Source: Candidatus Brocadia sp. (lineage in GTDB: Bacteria > Planctomycetota > Brocadiia > Brocadiales > Brocadiaceae). From it: DNA of 32,000 nucleotides. The position numbers and the translations under genes were made by a program. The notes under the pieces are model-generated. The model had not been told where the DNA came from. It did not search any database and worked only from the letters and a program-made list of their open reading frames with translations. Numbering within the stretch: the stretch's first letter is position 1; each line of letters opens with the position of its first letter. Below are positions 15,384 to 25,211 of the stretch, in pieces. The DNA lies in assembly GCA_021650915.1 (NCBI GenBank), contig CP091279.1, positions 1,920,001-1,952,000 on the forward strand, written 5' to 3'.

Positions 15384-16717
15384 TGAATGAACTAACACCA
15401 CGGAGGATAGTGGAAGCGCTCGACAAATACATTATTGGTCAGAAAAATGCCAAGCGAGCGGTATCAATTGCTATCCGCAACCGCTGGCGCAGGTATCAGC
15501 TTTCTGATGAATTACGTGAAGAGGTACTGCCAAAGAATATTATCATGATTGGTCCTACCGGTGTTGGAAAGACGGAGATCGCGAGGCGCATGGCCGCGCT
15601 CGTGAAGGCCCCCTTCCTTAAGGTTGAGGCATCAAAATACACGGAAGTTGGCTACCATGGACGCGACGTGGAATCCATGGTGCGTGACATTACGGAGATC
15701 GGCGTGAACATGGTTAAGGCTGAAATGATTCAGTCGGTTCAGGAAAAGGCTGAAAAAATGGCCGAGGAGAGACTCCTGGATTTACTCTTGCCGCCGGTGC
15801 CAAAGAGCACGGAGTCATCTCCCGCCGAAGTTGAAGAGCAGCATCTGAGCACACGGGAAAAGTTCCGCAAAAAGCTGCATGACGGAGAGCTTTCAAACCG
15901 CATTGTGGAACTCACCGTCCAGGAAAAACCGTATGTGCTTCAGGGTTTTGTCGCAGGGGTTGAGGAAATGGGCATGGATTTCCAAAATATGCTGGAGAAG
16001 ATGATCCCGCCGCGCGCCCAGGTACGAAAGGTTCCCGTAGCTGAAGCAAAAAGGATTCTTGCCCACGAAGAGGCGGAAAAGCTTATTGACCGGGAAAAAG
16101 TTATCCAGGAAGCGATTCGGCGGACGGAACAATTTGGGATTATCTTTGTGGACGAGATCGATAAAATTGCCGGACGTGAATCTGCCCATGGGCCAGACAT
16201 CTCCCGCCAGGGTGTCCAAAGAGACTTATTGCCGATTGTGGATGGCACCACGGTCAACACCCGATACGGCGTCGTAAAGACTGACCGGATTCTTTTTATT
16301 GCTGCTGGCGCGTTCCACGTCTCCAAGCCATCGGATTTAATACCTGAGTTGCAGGGCCGGTTTCCGATTCGGGTGGAATTAGAAGACTTGGGGAAGGAAG
16401 AATTTTTACGTATCCTGACCGAACCAAAAAATGCCTTGACCAAGCAATACAAGGCGCTCCTTGAGACCGAAGGAATTAAGGTTCGATTTGAAAATGATGC
16501 CATTGAGACGATTGCAGAGATTGCCGTGCAGGTTAACAAACGCACCCAGAATATTGGCGCGCGGAGGTTGCATACCGTAATGGAAAAACTTGTGGAAGAC
16601 GTTTCTTTTGATGCATCTGATATGGGGGGGGCAGAAGTAATTATTAATGCGAAATATGTTCAGGAAAAATTACAAGCTATCGCACAGGATGAAGACCTGA
16701 GTCGCTACATTCTTTAG
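15383..16717 (+). CDS. hslU: ATP-dependent protease ATPase subunit HslU
   Basis: Contains [17 protein letters not shown], Walker [14 protein letters not shown], Walker [11 protein letters not shown], the sensor block [15 protein letters not shown] and the C-terminal DLSRYIL. The GTG start overlaps the hslV stop by 1 nt. Confidence 0.95.
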   Translation: MNELTPRRIVEALDKYIIGQKNAKRAVSIAIRNRWRRYQLSDELREEVLPKNIIMIGPTGVGKTEIARRMAALVKAPFLKVEASKYTEVGYHGRDVESMVRDITEIGVNMVKAEMIQSVQEKAEKMAEERLLDLLLPPVPKSTESSPAEVEEQHLSTREKFRKKLHDGELSNRIVELTVQEKPYVLQGFVAGVEEMGMDFQNMLEKMIPPRAQVRKVPVAEAKRILAHEEAEKLIDREKVIQEAIRRTEQFGIIFVDEIDKIAGRESAHGPDISRQGVQRDLLPIVDGTTVNTRYGVVKTDRILFIAAGAFHVSKPSDLIPELQGRFPIRVELEDLGKEEFLRILTEPKNALTKQYKALLETEGIKVRFENDAIETIAEIAVQVNKRTQNIGARRLHTVMEKLVEDVSFDASDMGGAEVIINAKYVQEKLQAIAQDEDLSRYIL

Positions 16718-16936
16718 CAAGATCAGAAAAAACCGGAAACAAAGACATTTCTGACAAAGCTTCCTTCCCAATGGCGCATCTGCCGCCTGCAATTCAATGC
16801 AAATTCATCTGTCTAACAAATCGAGAAACGATACGCTCATGGCACAGAGAGTGAGGCATTTGATTTAAGACAGTGCCTGCTTCACATGTGGTTGTTTAAA
16901 AACGTATTCAGATAGGGTAATGGAGAATCACCTTGT

Positions 16937-17695
16937 ATGAAACCAATCATTGGTATTAATTGTGATTACAAAGAAGAAGGTAAACAGCCCTGCTCTTTCA
17001 TTTACAGAAATTACGTTGATTCAATTATTGCAGCAGGTGGCATTCCCTTGGTATTGCCTATCATAAAAGATGAAAACGACGTTCGCAATTCCTTAAAAAG
17101 AATCGATGGCTTGATCCTGAGCGGTGGGGAGGACGTCCCGCCTCAACGGTATGGAAAAGAACGCCATCAAAAGACTCTCTGTGTTCATCCCGACAAGGAT
17201 ATTTCCGACAATCTTCTGGTTCATAGTGCCATTCAAATGAAGAAGCCGATTCTGGCCATTTGCTATGGTACGCAGCTTATAAACGTTGCTTTCGGCGGTT
17301 CCCTTATCCAGGATATCCCGTCACAGGTCACATCCCCTGTTATTCATAAAGATCCGCAAAACAAACACCATATCCACACGGTAAAGATCGAAAAAAGGTC
17401 GCGCCTGCATACGATTGTCGGGACGGAGTACATCGAAACAAATAGTGTGCACCATCAGGCAATAGATACATTAGGGAATGGCCTGATAGCTACGGCCTGC
17501 ACGAAAGATGGTATGATTGAAGCTATAGAACTCGAGGGGTATCCGTTTTTAGTAGGTGTTCAATGGCATCCAGAGCGCATGACCTCGGATCCTTGCCACG
17601 CAGCATTATTTAGTGCCCTTGTTATCGCATCAGAACCATATTCCAAAGGCGCCTTTTTTAGAAATGATACTGAGAATTTTCATGCAGAGCTATGA
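16937..17695 (+). CDS. Class I glutamine amidotransferase, peptidase C26 / gamma-glutamyl-GABA hydrolase family
   Basis: Nucleophile elbow AICYGTQLINVAFGG, an SVHHQA block and catalytic VQWHPE. Confidence 0.8.
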   Translation: MKPIIGINCDYKEEGKQPCSFIYRNYVDSIIAAGGIPLVLPIIKDENDVRNSLKRIDGLILSGGEDVPPQRYGKERHQKTLCVHPDKDISDNLLVHSAIQMKKPILAICYGTQLINVAFGGSLIQDIPSQVTSPVIHKDPQNKHHIHTVKIEKRSRLHTIVGTEYIETNSVHHQAIDTLGNGLIATACTKDGMIEAIELEGYPFLVGVQWHPERMTSDPCHAALFSALVIASEPYSKGAFFRNDTENFHAEL

Positions 17696-17728
17696 TTTGA
17701 CTTCGTATCGTATGAACTTCTCCCGTAT

Positions 17729-18157
17729 TTAGTTGCATTCTTTGCAGATACCATGAAAAAATATCTGAAATCCTGAAACGGCGTAGTCCTTTTTCACAGC
17801 ATCAGGTAGTTTGACAGAGGGTGAGAAATCTTCAAAGACATCGAGTATCCTTTTGCAGGAAGAGCAAATGACATGGTGGTGTAAGTTCGTATTGGGATCG
17901 TAATGCTTGCGGTCGCCGTCAATAACGAATTCCCTTACTTCTCCTAATTCTCTTAAAGTTTCCAGAGTTTTGTAGATGGTGGTAAACGACACGCTGGGAT
18001 ATATTCTCTTTACTCTCTTGTAAACATTTTCTGCAGATGGGTGGGAGGTATTATTTTCTAAAACTTTGAAGATCATTAACCTTTGGGGGGTAATCTTCAT
18101 CCCCTGGCTTCTCAGTTTTTTTGTAAGTTTTTCTATCGTTTCCATAACAAAATACAT
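17729..18157 (-). CDS. Fur-family metalloregulator (Fur/PerR/Zur type, subtype not assignable)
   Basis: Winged-helix N-terminal (ITPQRLMIFKVLENNTSHPSAENVY), HHHVICSSC and the C-terminal CKEC structural Zn site. The real start may be Met5 (18145). Confidence 0.8.
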   Translation of the reverse strand: MYFVMETIEKLTKKLRSQGMKITPQRLMIFKVLENNTSHPSAENVYKRVKRIYPSVSFTTIYKTLETLRELGEVREFVIDGDRKHYDPNTNLHHHVICSSCKRILDVFEDFSPSVKLPDAVKKDYAVSGFQIFFHGICKECN

Positions 18158-18209
18158 TCAATAAATAAACAAAAATGGTTATTAATTAAGTAAAAATAGT
18201 ATTTAATTC

Positions 18210-18238
18210 TTGATAATATGTCAATAAAAAAGTATAAA
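18210..18238 (+). promoter_or_regulatory. Sigma-70-like promoter candidate for the sigma-factor gene
   Basis: TTGATA (18210-18215), 17-nt spacer, TATAAA (18233-18238). It sits in a 304-bp AT-rich divergent intergenic region and implies a ~220-nt leader. Confidence 0.4.
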
Positions 18239-18461
18239 GGACGTTTATGCGCTTATCTTTAAGCGTAGACCGCATCGTTTTATATACTCGCTCTTATCGA
18301 ATGATAAAGAGAAATTCTGTTTTTGTTAAGATTTTTGGAATCAAATGGTTGTGATATATTTTAAAAATGCATTTTTTTGTGTAAACATTTTGTGATAGTT
18401 TTTTGTTATATGTACCGAAATTGTATTGTTTTATAAATTTTAATCCAAAAGCAGGAAAAAT

Positions 18462-19949
18462 GTGAAAATGAACGCATTTGAATACAAAATTGATCACTTA
18501 ACTGATGAAGCCTATGAAAATTATGCTGCTGAAGATGAATTGAACGAAGGGGAAGCGCTGAAAGAGCAGATAAAATACAAGGACTACGATCCGGTTCGGC
18601 TTTATTTAAAGGAGATGGCAAATTTACCCTTGTTATCCCGCGAGGAGGAGCTTTATCTTGCAAAGAAAATAAAAATAATGAGCCGGTTGCTACACCGGAG
18701 GGTATTGGGATTCGATTACGGGTTGGAAAAGTATGTTAATATCCTTGAACAGTTGGACAGCGAATCAGATCTTGTTCAGTTTGTTGAGACGTCGGCAACG
18801 AGGGACCAAAGCAAGAATGAAATGGTTGAACGAATCCATGGTGTTGCAAGAAAAATTAAAGACACCCTGGAGAGGAATCAAACAGATTATGTAAAAATGC
18901 AGAAACAATCTGTTTCCAAAAATATGAAGGCCCGAATCCTGAAAAAGATAGTTGCGAGGAAGAGGATTGCGGTGAAGGAGTTAGAAGCAGTGCACATCCG
19001 CGCAGAAACAATATTGCCGGTGATGCGGGATTTACTGGATATTTTAGAGAAGGTTGTTGCCTGTAAGGGAAGCGCCAAGGGATCGGTTTACAAAAAAAAG
19101 ATGCACGGGAAATGTTTGTATTATGCTTACGATATAAAACTCTTGTCTATGAGGGCTATTCGCGAAACAGAAAAGGTTATTTTCGCGATCAAATCCATCA
19201 ACAATGAGTATGAATCTGCTAGAAATCGATTTTCGGAAGGTAATTTGAGGTTAGTGGTAAGTATAGCCAAACGGTACAGAAAACGTGGTTTGGTCTTTCA
19301 CGATCTTATTCAGGAAGGGAATACTGGCCTTATGCGGGCTGTTGATAAATATGACTACCGGATGGGGTTTAAGTTCAGCACGTATGCCACTTGGTGGATT
19401 AAGCAGGCAATTATCAGGGCAATCGATGATAAGGCAAGGACGGTGCGTATTCCAGTTCACATGACAGATGTAATCAATAAAACTAACATGGTGCTGAAAG
19501 CATCACAGGGAGACCTTGAAAGAAAGCCGAAGATTGAAGCTATCGCAAAGGAAGCGAAAATACCCATTTCTGAGGTGTACCGGGTATTCCGGATCGCATC
19601 ACAGCCCATATCATTGGAAAGTCCGATTGGCGAAAGTGGCGAGACGATGTTTGAGGATTTCATTCAGGACAAAAAGACTGAATCGCCCGTTACGAATGCA
19701 CATAAGACGTTATTGAAGGATCAGCTGGAAAAGGTTCTTAATACCCTGAGTTACCGGGAACGGGAAGTTATCAAACTCCGCTTTGGGATTAGCGATGGTT
19801 ATACCCATACCCTGGAAGAAATTGGAGAGCGTTTCAACATAACCAGGGAACGAATACGTCAAATTGAAAGCGTAGCAATCCGCAAACTCCAGCATCCATT
19901 GCGCAGCAGAAAATTAGAAGGATTCATTGAAGGGGTAATGACGAATTAA
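18462..19949 (+). CDS. rpoD: RNA polymerase sigma-70 factor, RpoD-like (group 1/2)
   Basis: Region 1.2 ([28 protein letters not shown]), a ~190-aa non-conserved insert, region 2 ([12 protein letters not shown]...[40 protein letters not shown]), region 3, and region 4.2 ([29 protein letters not shown]). No long acidic region 1.1 is present. Confidence 0.85.
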   Translation: MKMNAFEYKIDHLTDEAYENYAAEDELNEGEALKEQIKYKDYDPVRLYLKEMANLPLLSREEELYLAKKIKIMSRLLHRRVLGFDYGLEKYVNILEQLDSESDLVQFVETSATRDQSKNEMVERIHGVARKIKDTLERNQTDYVKMQKQSVSKNMKARILKKIVARKRIAVKELEAVHIRAETILPVMRDLLDILEKVVACKGSAKGSVYKKKMHGKCLYYAYDIKLLSMRAIRETEKVIFAIKSINNEYESARNRFSEGNLRLVVSIAKRYRKRGLVFHDLIQEGNTGLMRAVDKYDYRMGFKFSTYATWWIKQAIIRAIDDKARTVRIPVHMTDVINKTNMVLKASQGDLERKPKIEAIAKEAKIPISEVYRVFRIASQPISLESPIGESGETMFEDFIQDKKTESPVTNAHKTLLKDQLEKVLNTLSYREREVIKLRFGISDGYTHTLEEIGERFNITRERIRQIESVAIRKLQHPLRSRKLEGFIEGVMTN

Positions 19950-19973
19950 GCAAGGAAGGGTGTCAGCGAAACC

Positions 19974-20008
19974 GGGGCATCAAGCCTTTTATGATGCCCC
20001 AGTTTTTT
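19974..20008 (+). terminator. Rho-independent terminator of the sigma-factor gene
   Basis: ggggcatca-(9-nt loop)-tgatgcccc, a 9-bp perfect stem followed by agtttttt. It lies 25 nt after the stop codon. Confidence 0.8.
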
Positions 20009-20339
20009 GCCTACACACTTTTGTGTTTCCTTCTGCGCCTCTTCAAAAGGTATTTTCTCCTGTTCAGCCTGTGCTTTTTCTTTCCACTGAAACCATTTGC
20101 CATGTTGTCCTCCTAAAACAATATTAAGATACTTACCGATAAACGAAGGAAAAGAGTAAAATATTACCAACAACAAGGGTGAAATGCAACAAAATATTCT
20201 TTCGGCAAACAAATATCATTGATGGGTATCAGTCCCTGCTTCCTAAGCAGAGTTTTTCTGGTAGAATTATTCACATACTCACGAAAATTATAGGGTAATC
20301 CACGGATTACCTGAAAAAAAATAACGGGAATCATACATC

Positions 20340-21149
20340 ATGCAAGGCAATGAATATTTAATGGAAAGTGACGAAGAGGTCCTCCGCTTAGATATAAAGA
20401 CAGATAACAAGATTGTTGAGAATCAGGCTCTCTGGGCAGGCATAAAGCCAGGTATGCGTGTTGCGGATATCTGCTGTGGATCAGGAAAAACTACTTCCGT
20501 GTTACATAATTTAATTCAGCCTGCTGGTACTGCTATCGGAGTGGATGGGTCAAAAAACAGAATTGAATATGCCAGGAAACAGTATGCTGTCCAGGGGTTA
20601 GAATTTCGTTGTAAAGACATCCGTGATTCTCTTGATGATCTGGGGACGTATGACTTTGTCTGGGTCAGATTTTTTTTAGAATATTATCTCGCCGACAGTT
20701 TCAATATCGTCCAGAATATTTCCAGAATAGTAAAACCTGGTGGTATTCTATGCCTGATTGATCTGGATCATAACTGCCTAAACCATTTTGCTCTTTCCCC
20801 GAAATTGGAGAAAACCATCTTTGCAATTGTAAAGTATTTAGAGGAAAATGCAAATTTTGATCCTTACGCAGGCAGGAAGCTCTATTCCCATCTTTATACT
20901 CTTGGGTATCAGGATATAAACGTAGATGTTGCTGCGCACCATTTGATATTTGGCAAATTAAAAGATGTTGACGCATTTAACTGGATCAAGAAGGTTGAAG
21001 TTATTTCCGGGAAAATCCCTCATGTATTTAAAGAATATCAAGGGGGTTATGAAATGTTCTTGCATGAATTCAGTAGCTATTTTAACGATCCGGGTAGATT
21101 TACTTACACGCCAGTAATTCTCTGCAGGGGAAGGAAGCCCGTTCTTTGA
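20340..21149 (+). CDS. Class I SAM-dependent methyltransferase
   Basis: Motif I VADICCGSGKTT, post-I GVDGS, and motif-III-like KPGGILCLIDLD. Confidence 0.8.
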   Translation: MQGNEYLMESDEEVLRLDIKTDNKIVENQALWAGIKPGMRVADICCGSGKTTSVLHNLIQPAGTAIGVDGSKNRIEYARKQYAVQGLEFRCKDIRDSLDDLGTYDFVWVRFFLEYYLADSFNIVQNISRIVKPGGILCLIDLDHNCLNHFALSPKLEKTIFAIVKYLEENANFDPYAGRKLYSHLYTLGYQDINVDVAAHHLIFGKLKDVDAFNWIKKVEVISGKIPHVFKEYQGGYEMFLHEFSSYFNDPGRFTYTPVILCRGRKPVL

Positions 21150-23098
21150 CTTAAAGCAGTAAAACTGAGCGGGGTAGGATCCCAGTTGTGCGTTTTCCTG
21201 TAATACCGAACGAATGCTGCAACAACACTTTTATCAAACCGCGTGCGACTTTCCTCTTCCAGTAACTGAAAAGCTTCATCCAGCGGCATGGGATCCCGGT
21301 AATGACGTTTTGCAGTAATTGCCTCGAAGAAATCAGCAACTCCAATTATCCTGGCGCCGAGAGGAATAGCGTCTCCCTTGAGTCCTTTCGGGTAGCCGCT
21401 CCCATCAATTCTCTCGTGATGCGATCCGGCAATATGAGGAACTTCTCTGAAAATACCTTCAAAATGTATCTGCTCTAATATTTTTTTTGTTTTTTCTGCA
21501 TGGGTTTCAATCTCTAGTCGTTCATAGGGATTTAGTTTGCCTTTCTTCTTTAAGATAGAGTCTTCGATACCTATCTTGCCATAATCATGCAGCAAGGCGG
21601 CGACTCGGACGACTTCGCAATAATCTTTTGAAATGCCAAGTTCATTACAAATTCCTAAGGCATATTCTGTTACCTTCTCGGAATGACCCGCAGTTAAAGT
21701 ATCGCGTGCATCGATACTGGCCGCTAAAGTCTGCATTATGGATTTGAATTGACGTTCCCTTGCCTCAATAAGCATGCTATTATGAATACTTATCCCTATT
21801 CCAGGCGTAATACCCATTAATAAATTAGCATCACTCTGGATTAAAGGCCTTTTTGTCCTTACATTGTCTACGGCAAGAACTCCTAGTGACTCCTTTTCGT
21901 AAATTATAGGGCAACAAATAAAGGATTTTACTCCAAGCGCTTTTGCAAATTCCAGGCTGCGAGGCGTAAGAGTATCTTTTATTTCATCAATATTATTTAC
22001 GATGAACGGCCTCTGTTCACGAAAGGACAAAACGAATACGCCTTTTGACTTTGGATTATCCAGATGAAAACTCGTATTCCTCAAAAGATCCACTTGTTCA
22101 CTTGTATAGCCGAAACCTGCATGGAATTGCAGTTTCGTTTTATCCCGATTCGTCAAAAGGACAACTCCACGGTCATAATCAAGCCTCTTTTCCAGAACCT
22201 GTACTACATTCATGAGAATACTATCAATATCCATCTGTTTGCTAATTGCAAGCCCTATCTCGTTTATCATAAGGGCATTATTGTAATTCATATTGATTTG
22301 TTCCAATAGTTTATCCGGTGAATCCCGGAGGTTATCTATTGCAGTGTCGAGTTCCCTCTTTTCCATGATTTTTGAGTACAAAGTCAATGATAAAATAACA
22401 AATATGGTAATTGGTAAAAATGCAGTTGCTGCAACCTTTGGATATATCAGAAAGGAACACATACAGCTTGGAGAAAGAAGCAAAGTGGTATAATTCCTTA
22501 TTTTTTCCCAAAACGCGAAACTTGATTCTTCCCATGAAACGATGTATCGGCAAACGCTTCCTCCTTCAAAGATACACTCCGGATGTTCTATTTTTGGCAT
22601 CCTGCAATTAAACATTGCACTAACACACTCAAAGTACCCTATTCTGTTTTTACATTGAAATGGTTTTTCGTGAACCCCATCTAAGGGGGTAACCACAATT
22701 TCAACTTTATTGGTATTTATTCTTTTTGATTCATAGGTTGCGGATTTCGTAAAATTAGCCGCTGCCTTCCCTATTATTTCGTATGCCTTGGCAGGGCCAA
22801 CATGACTGAGGAGAATCTGCCTAAATACCCCGATAGCATCCGGTGATGCCCCAAACCGGCCCGCTTCCCTTGCGATGTCATTATTCCCGGTTAGATATAC
22901 CAATCTATCATAAAACCGGTCTATCTGTTCCTGGGTGAACCAGTGTCCTTCATCCGAAATCTGATAGGACTCCATCCCCGCATAGTTCAATACTTCCTCA
23001 ACATCGATATAATTGTACTTTCTTTTAATGAGCTTTATATAAGTATCTATGATACGACTGTTATATAGTGGTTTACTATCTTGCTTCGACATTACCAT
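21104..23098 (-). CDS. Sensor HD-GYP c-di-GMP phosphodiesterase (V4R-like N-domain, 2 TM, GAF, HD-GYP)
   Basis: HD-GYP signature (AALLHDYGKIGI...HAEKT...IAGSHHERIDGSGYPKGL). A GAF-like central region is present (LDYDRGVVLL...SLGVLAVDN). There are two hydrophobic helices (~aa 205-245). The N-terminal ~190 aa end in C-x3-GY..C...EHPEC-x3-G-x3-CRYIV. The start overlaps the upstream gene by 23 nt. Confidence 0.85.
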   Translation of the reverse strand: MVMSKQDSKPLYNSRIIDTYIKLIKRKYNYIDVEEVLNYAGMESYQISDEGHWFTQEQIDRFYDRLVYLTGNNDIAREAGRFGASPDAIGVFRQILLSHVGPAKAYEIIGKAAANFTKSATYESKRINTNKVEIVVTPLDGVHEKPFQCKNRIGYFECVSAMFNCRMPKIEHPECIFEGGSVCRYIVSWEESSFAFWEKIRNYTTLLLSPSCMCSFLIYPKVAATAFLPITIFVILSLTLYSKIMEKRELDTAIDNLRDSPDKLLEQINMNYNNALMINEIGLAISKQMDIDSILMNVVQVLEKRLDYDRGVVLLTNRDKTKLQFHAGFGYTSEQVDLLRNTSFHLDNPKSKGVFVLSFREQRPFIVNNIDEIKDTLTPRSLEFAKALGVKSFICCPIIYEKESLGVLAVDNVRTKRPLIQSDANLLMGITPGIGISIHNSMLIEARERQFKSIMQTLAASIDARDTLTAGHSEKVTEYALGICNELGISKDYCEVVRVAALLHDYGKIGIEDSILKKKGKLNPYERLEIETHAEKTKKILEQIHFEGIFREVPHIAGSHHERIDGSGYPKGLKGDAIPLGARIIGVADFFEAITAKRHYRDPMPLDEAFQLLEEESRTRFDKSVVAAFVRYYRKTHNWDPTPLSFTALSQRTGFLPLQRITGV

Positions 23099-25175
23099 GT
23101 TGCACCCTGGGAAAAGACAACACCTTATCTTCTTGTTTATTGCGATGAATTAAATTTTCAAGGTATCTGAAATAAGGATCGAGATAATGCAAATTTAAGA
23201 CCCATAAATTGTATGTTTTGTCATACGGTATGGATTGATCTACCGCATAACTTATCGGATAGAGCAGGGTGGGGATTTTGTCTTGTTCATAACATTCTGA
23301 TACCATATTTACGCTGGAAGAGAGAATCGTATCAGGGAGATCCTCAGGGTCTAGGATGATAATATGAATGCAATTGGTCAGATCGGACATATTCAAACCA
23401 ATGTCGGATATATTTACCATAATAAACGCTTTAAAGGCACCGTCTCTCTTTAACGAAAAAAAGCGTCTTTCCCTCTTGAAACCAAGCCTGTGGTACTCTT
23501 CGCTAAGATCGTTATTACCAATCATATCCCATTTTAAATCAAGGGCATCAAGCATATTCCCCCCTGATTTACATTCATAAAAACCTTCTAATTCCAAAAG
23601 GTCTTCAGGTAGGGTTTCCGCCAGCACCCATCTCTCTGGTAATCCAATGCAGTTCAAATTTTTTTTATAGTGAACGTAGGCAAAAGGATCAATGGAAGCA
23701 CCCTTCTTATCATTTATATACTCGGTAACACCACCAAATACACGCTGGGGGAATTTATTGTCGGGTCTGAAATAACAACAAGCGTAATTCAAATGGGTTG
23801 AATATAAACTGTGAAAATCATTTACATAATGTCCGAGCTGCCGTAAAACATTCAATCCGGCCTTATTACATCCGGATCGGCTGGCAGCATGATGATGAAT
23901 TAACCACGCATTTTCGTAAAAGCGGATCATTGACAGATGCCCTTGAACTTCACCCTTGTCCTGATACACAAAATGTCTGGCGATGCTCGAATTCTGCATA
24001 TAGAGTCGCTTATAAAGTTCCTTAAACCTTACCCTGTTAGCATGAATATGGGCATATTTTTCCGGATATATAAAGCCCGTCTTAAAAAAGAATTTCCATA
24101 ATGCATCTAAATCCATCGCGTGGGAAACGTAAGATCTTCTATCGGCTGCTTTGTGGAGGAGACTTGCAAGTTTGCTCTGATCTTGCATGTCCATACCTAA
24201 AAATGCAATCCCGCATTTTACCTGTGGTTTATCGTCTTCCGCGGCGCCGTCATTCCTATAAACAACCTGAGCCTTACATTTAATTATAAAATTATTTGCA
24301 AATTCTATGATTAATTCCGGTATGATCAGTCCTACCAAAAGCACGGAGTCTTCCTGATATTCCTGGACAGAAATCCCAGCGCCGGAGATGTCTTCAACCT
24401 CCAGATTGACCATTTTCTGAATAATCGGATGGTTGAAAATAATATTTGGCAAAGGGTTTAATTTATGTCTGGGGCTTCTGAACTCTTTTGACCTAAATCT
24501 TTGCATCAGGTTTTTAACTGGTCTTAGAACAAAGCTCCTTGTTTTTTGGCCAGAAGACTGCTTGATGATATTACATTTTCCTGAATAGAAGATGTCCTGA
24601 TCTTTTTTTAACACAACCTCTACCATATTATTAGGGCTGATTAACCAGAATGATTGAGGTGGTACGGCTGTTATTTTCACGCGGAATGAGACCGCACTGA
24701 AGTCAAGAAGAAGTCCCTGAAATACTGCTCCGTTTTGAATAAAATCAACTTGTATTCCTTCACCGGAATTCCTTTTTACCTTTCGATAATTAAATTCAAG
24801 ACATGTTTCCGGGAGTTTGAAGCGTATTCCTGATTCGTATATCTCTTCAACACCACCTTTAATGAGGATCAGCTTTTGACCATCTCTTAGGATAAAATCG
24901 AGATATTCATAAGAATTCAGTTTCTGCTTAGATGTCACCGGTTCAACCCAAAGGCAATCTACGTGATCTTCAATGCATGGTTGTGGCTTAGCTTGAAGGG
25001 TCATGATATAATCATGCTTTACATGTTTAAAATTTATATAAACCACACCATCCTGGAAATTAATGTAGTTCAGGGTATTGATAACATGCTTTTTGCTGAC
25101 CTTAATCCCTACCTTTTGTTGATTGTTCAGGGTTGTATTATTACATTCCTGAATAATTTTTTGGAAGCTGTCCAC
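23076..25175 (-). CDS. Tandem PilZ-like domain protein with unassigned ~370-aa C-terminal domain
   Basis: GTG start after GGAGAGGAA. PilZ-like unit 1 reads RKVKR...(27 aa)...LLDFSAVSFRV. Unit 2 reads RSKEFRSPRH...(25 aa)...VEDISGAGISV. The C-terminal half (aa ~330-699) matches no family I can name. Confidence 0.6.
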   Translation of the reverse strand: MDSFQKIIQECNNTTLNNQQKVGIKVSKKHVINTLNYINFQDGVVYINFKHVKHDYIMTLQAKPQPCIEDHVDCLWVEPVTSKQKLNSYEYLDFILRDGQKLILIKGGVEEIYESGIRFKLPETCLEFNYRKVKRNSGEGIQVDFIQNGAVFQGLLLDFSAVSFRVKITAVPPQSFWLISPNNMVEVVLKKDQDIFYSGKCNIIKQSSGQKTRSFVLRPVKNLMQRFRSKEFRSPRHKLNPLPNIIFNHPIIQKMVNLEVEDISGAGISVQEYQEDSVLLVGLIIPELIIEFANNFIIKCKAQVVYRNDGAAEDDKPQVKCGIAFLGMDMQDQSKLASLLHKAADRRSYVSHAMDLDALWKFFFKTGFIYPEKYAHIHANRVRFKELYKRLYMQNSSIARHFVYQDKGEVQGHLSMIRFYENAWLIHHHAASRSGCNKAGLNVLRQLGHYVNDFHSLYSTHLNYACCYFRPDNKFPQRVFGGVTEYINDKKGASIDPFAYVHYKKNLNCIGLPERWVLAETLPEDLLELEGFYECKSGGNMLDALDLKWDMIGNNDLSEEYHRLGFKRERRFFSLKRDGAFKAFIMVNISDIGLNMSDLTNCIHIIILDPEDLPDTILSSSVNMVSECYEQDKIPTLLYPISYAVDQSIPYDKTYNLWVLNLHYLDPYFRYLENLIHRNKQEDKVLSFPRVQHGNVEAR

Positions 25176-25211
25176 TATTCCTCTCCCGATAAGTCGTGTA
25201 AATTATACCCA

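Noticed and set aside
15940-16545. 201-aa antisense ORF inside hslU (and similar antisense ORFs in folE, TolC, gcvT, FadL and sseA)
   Set aside because: These are shadow ORFs opposite strongly supported genes. None has a motif or RBS.
18158-18300. Fur/PerR operator in the fur-rpoD divergent region
   Set aside because: The region is AT-rich and contains GATAAT (ttgataatatgtcaa), but there is no convincing 7-1-7 palindrome. The motif is better explained as the -35 element of a + strand promoter.
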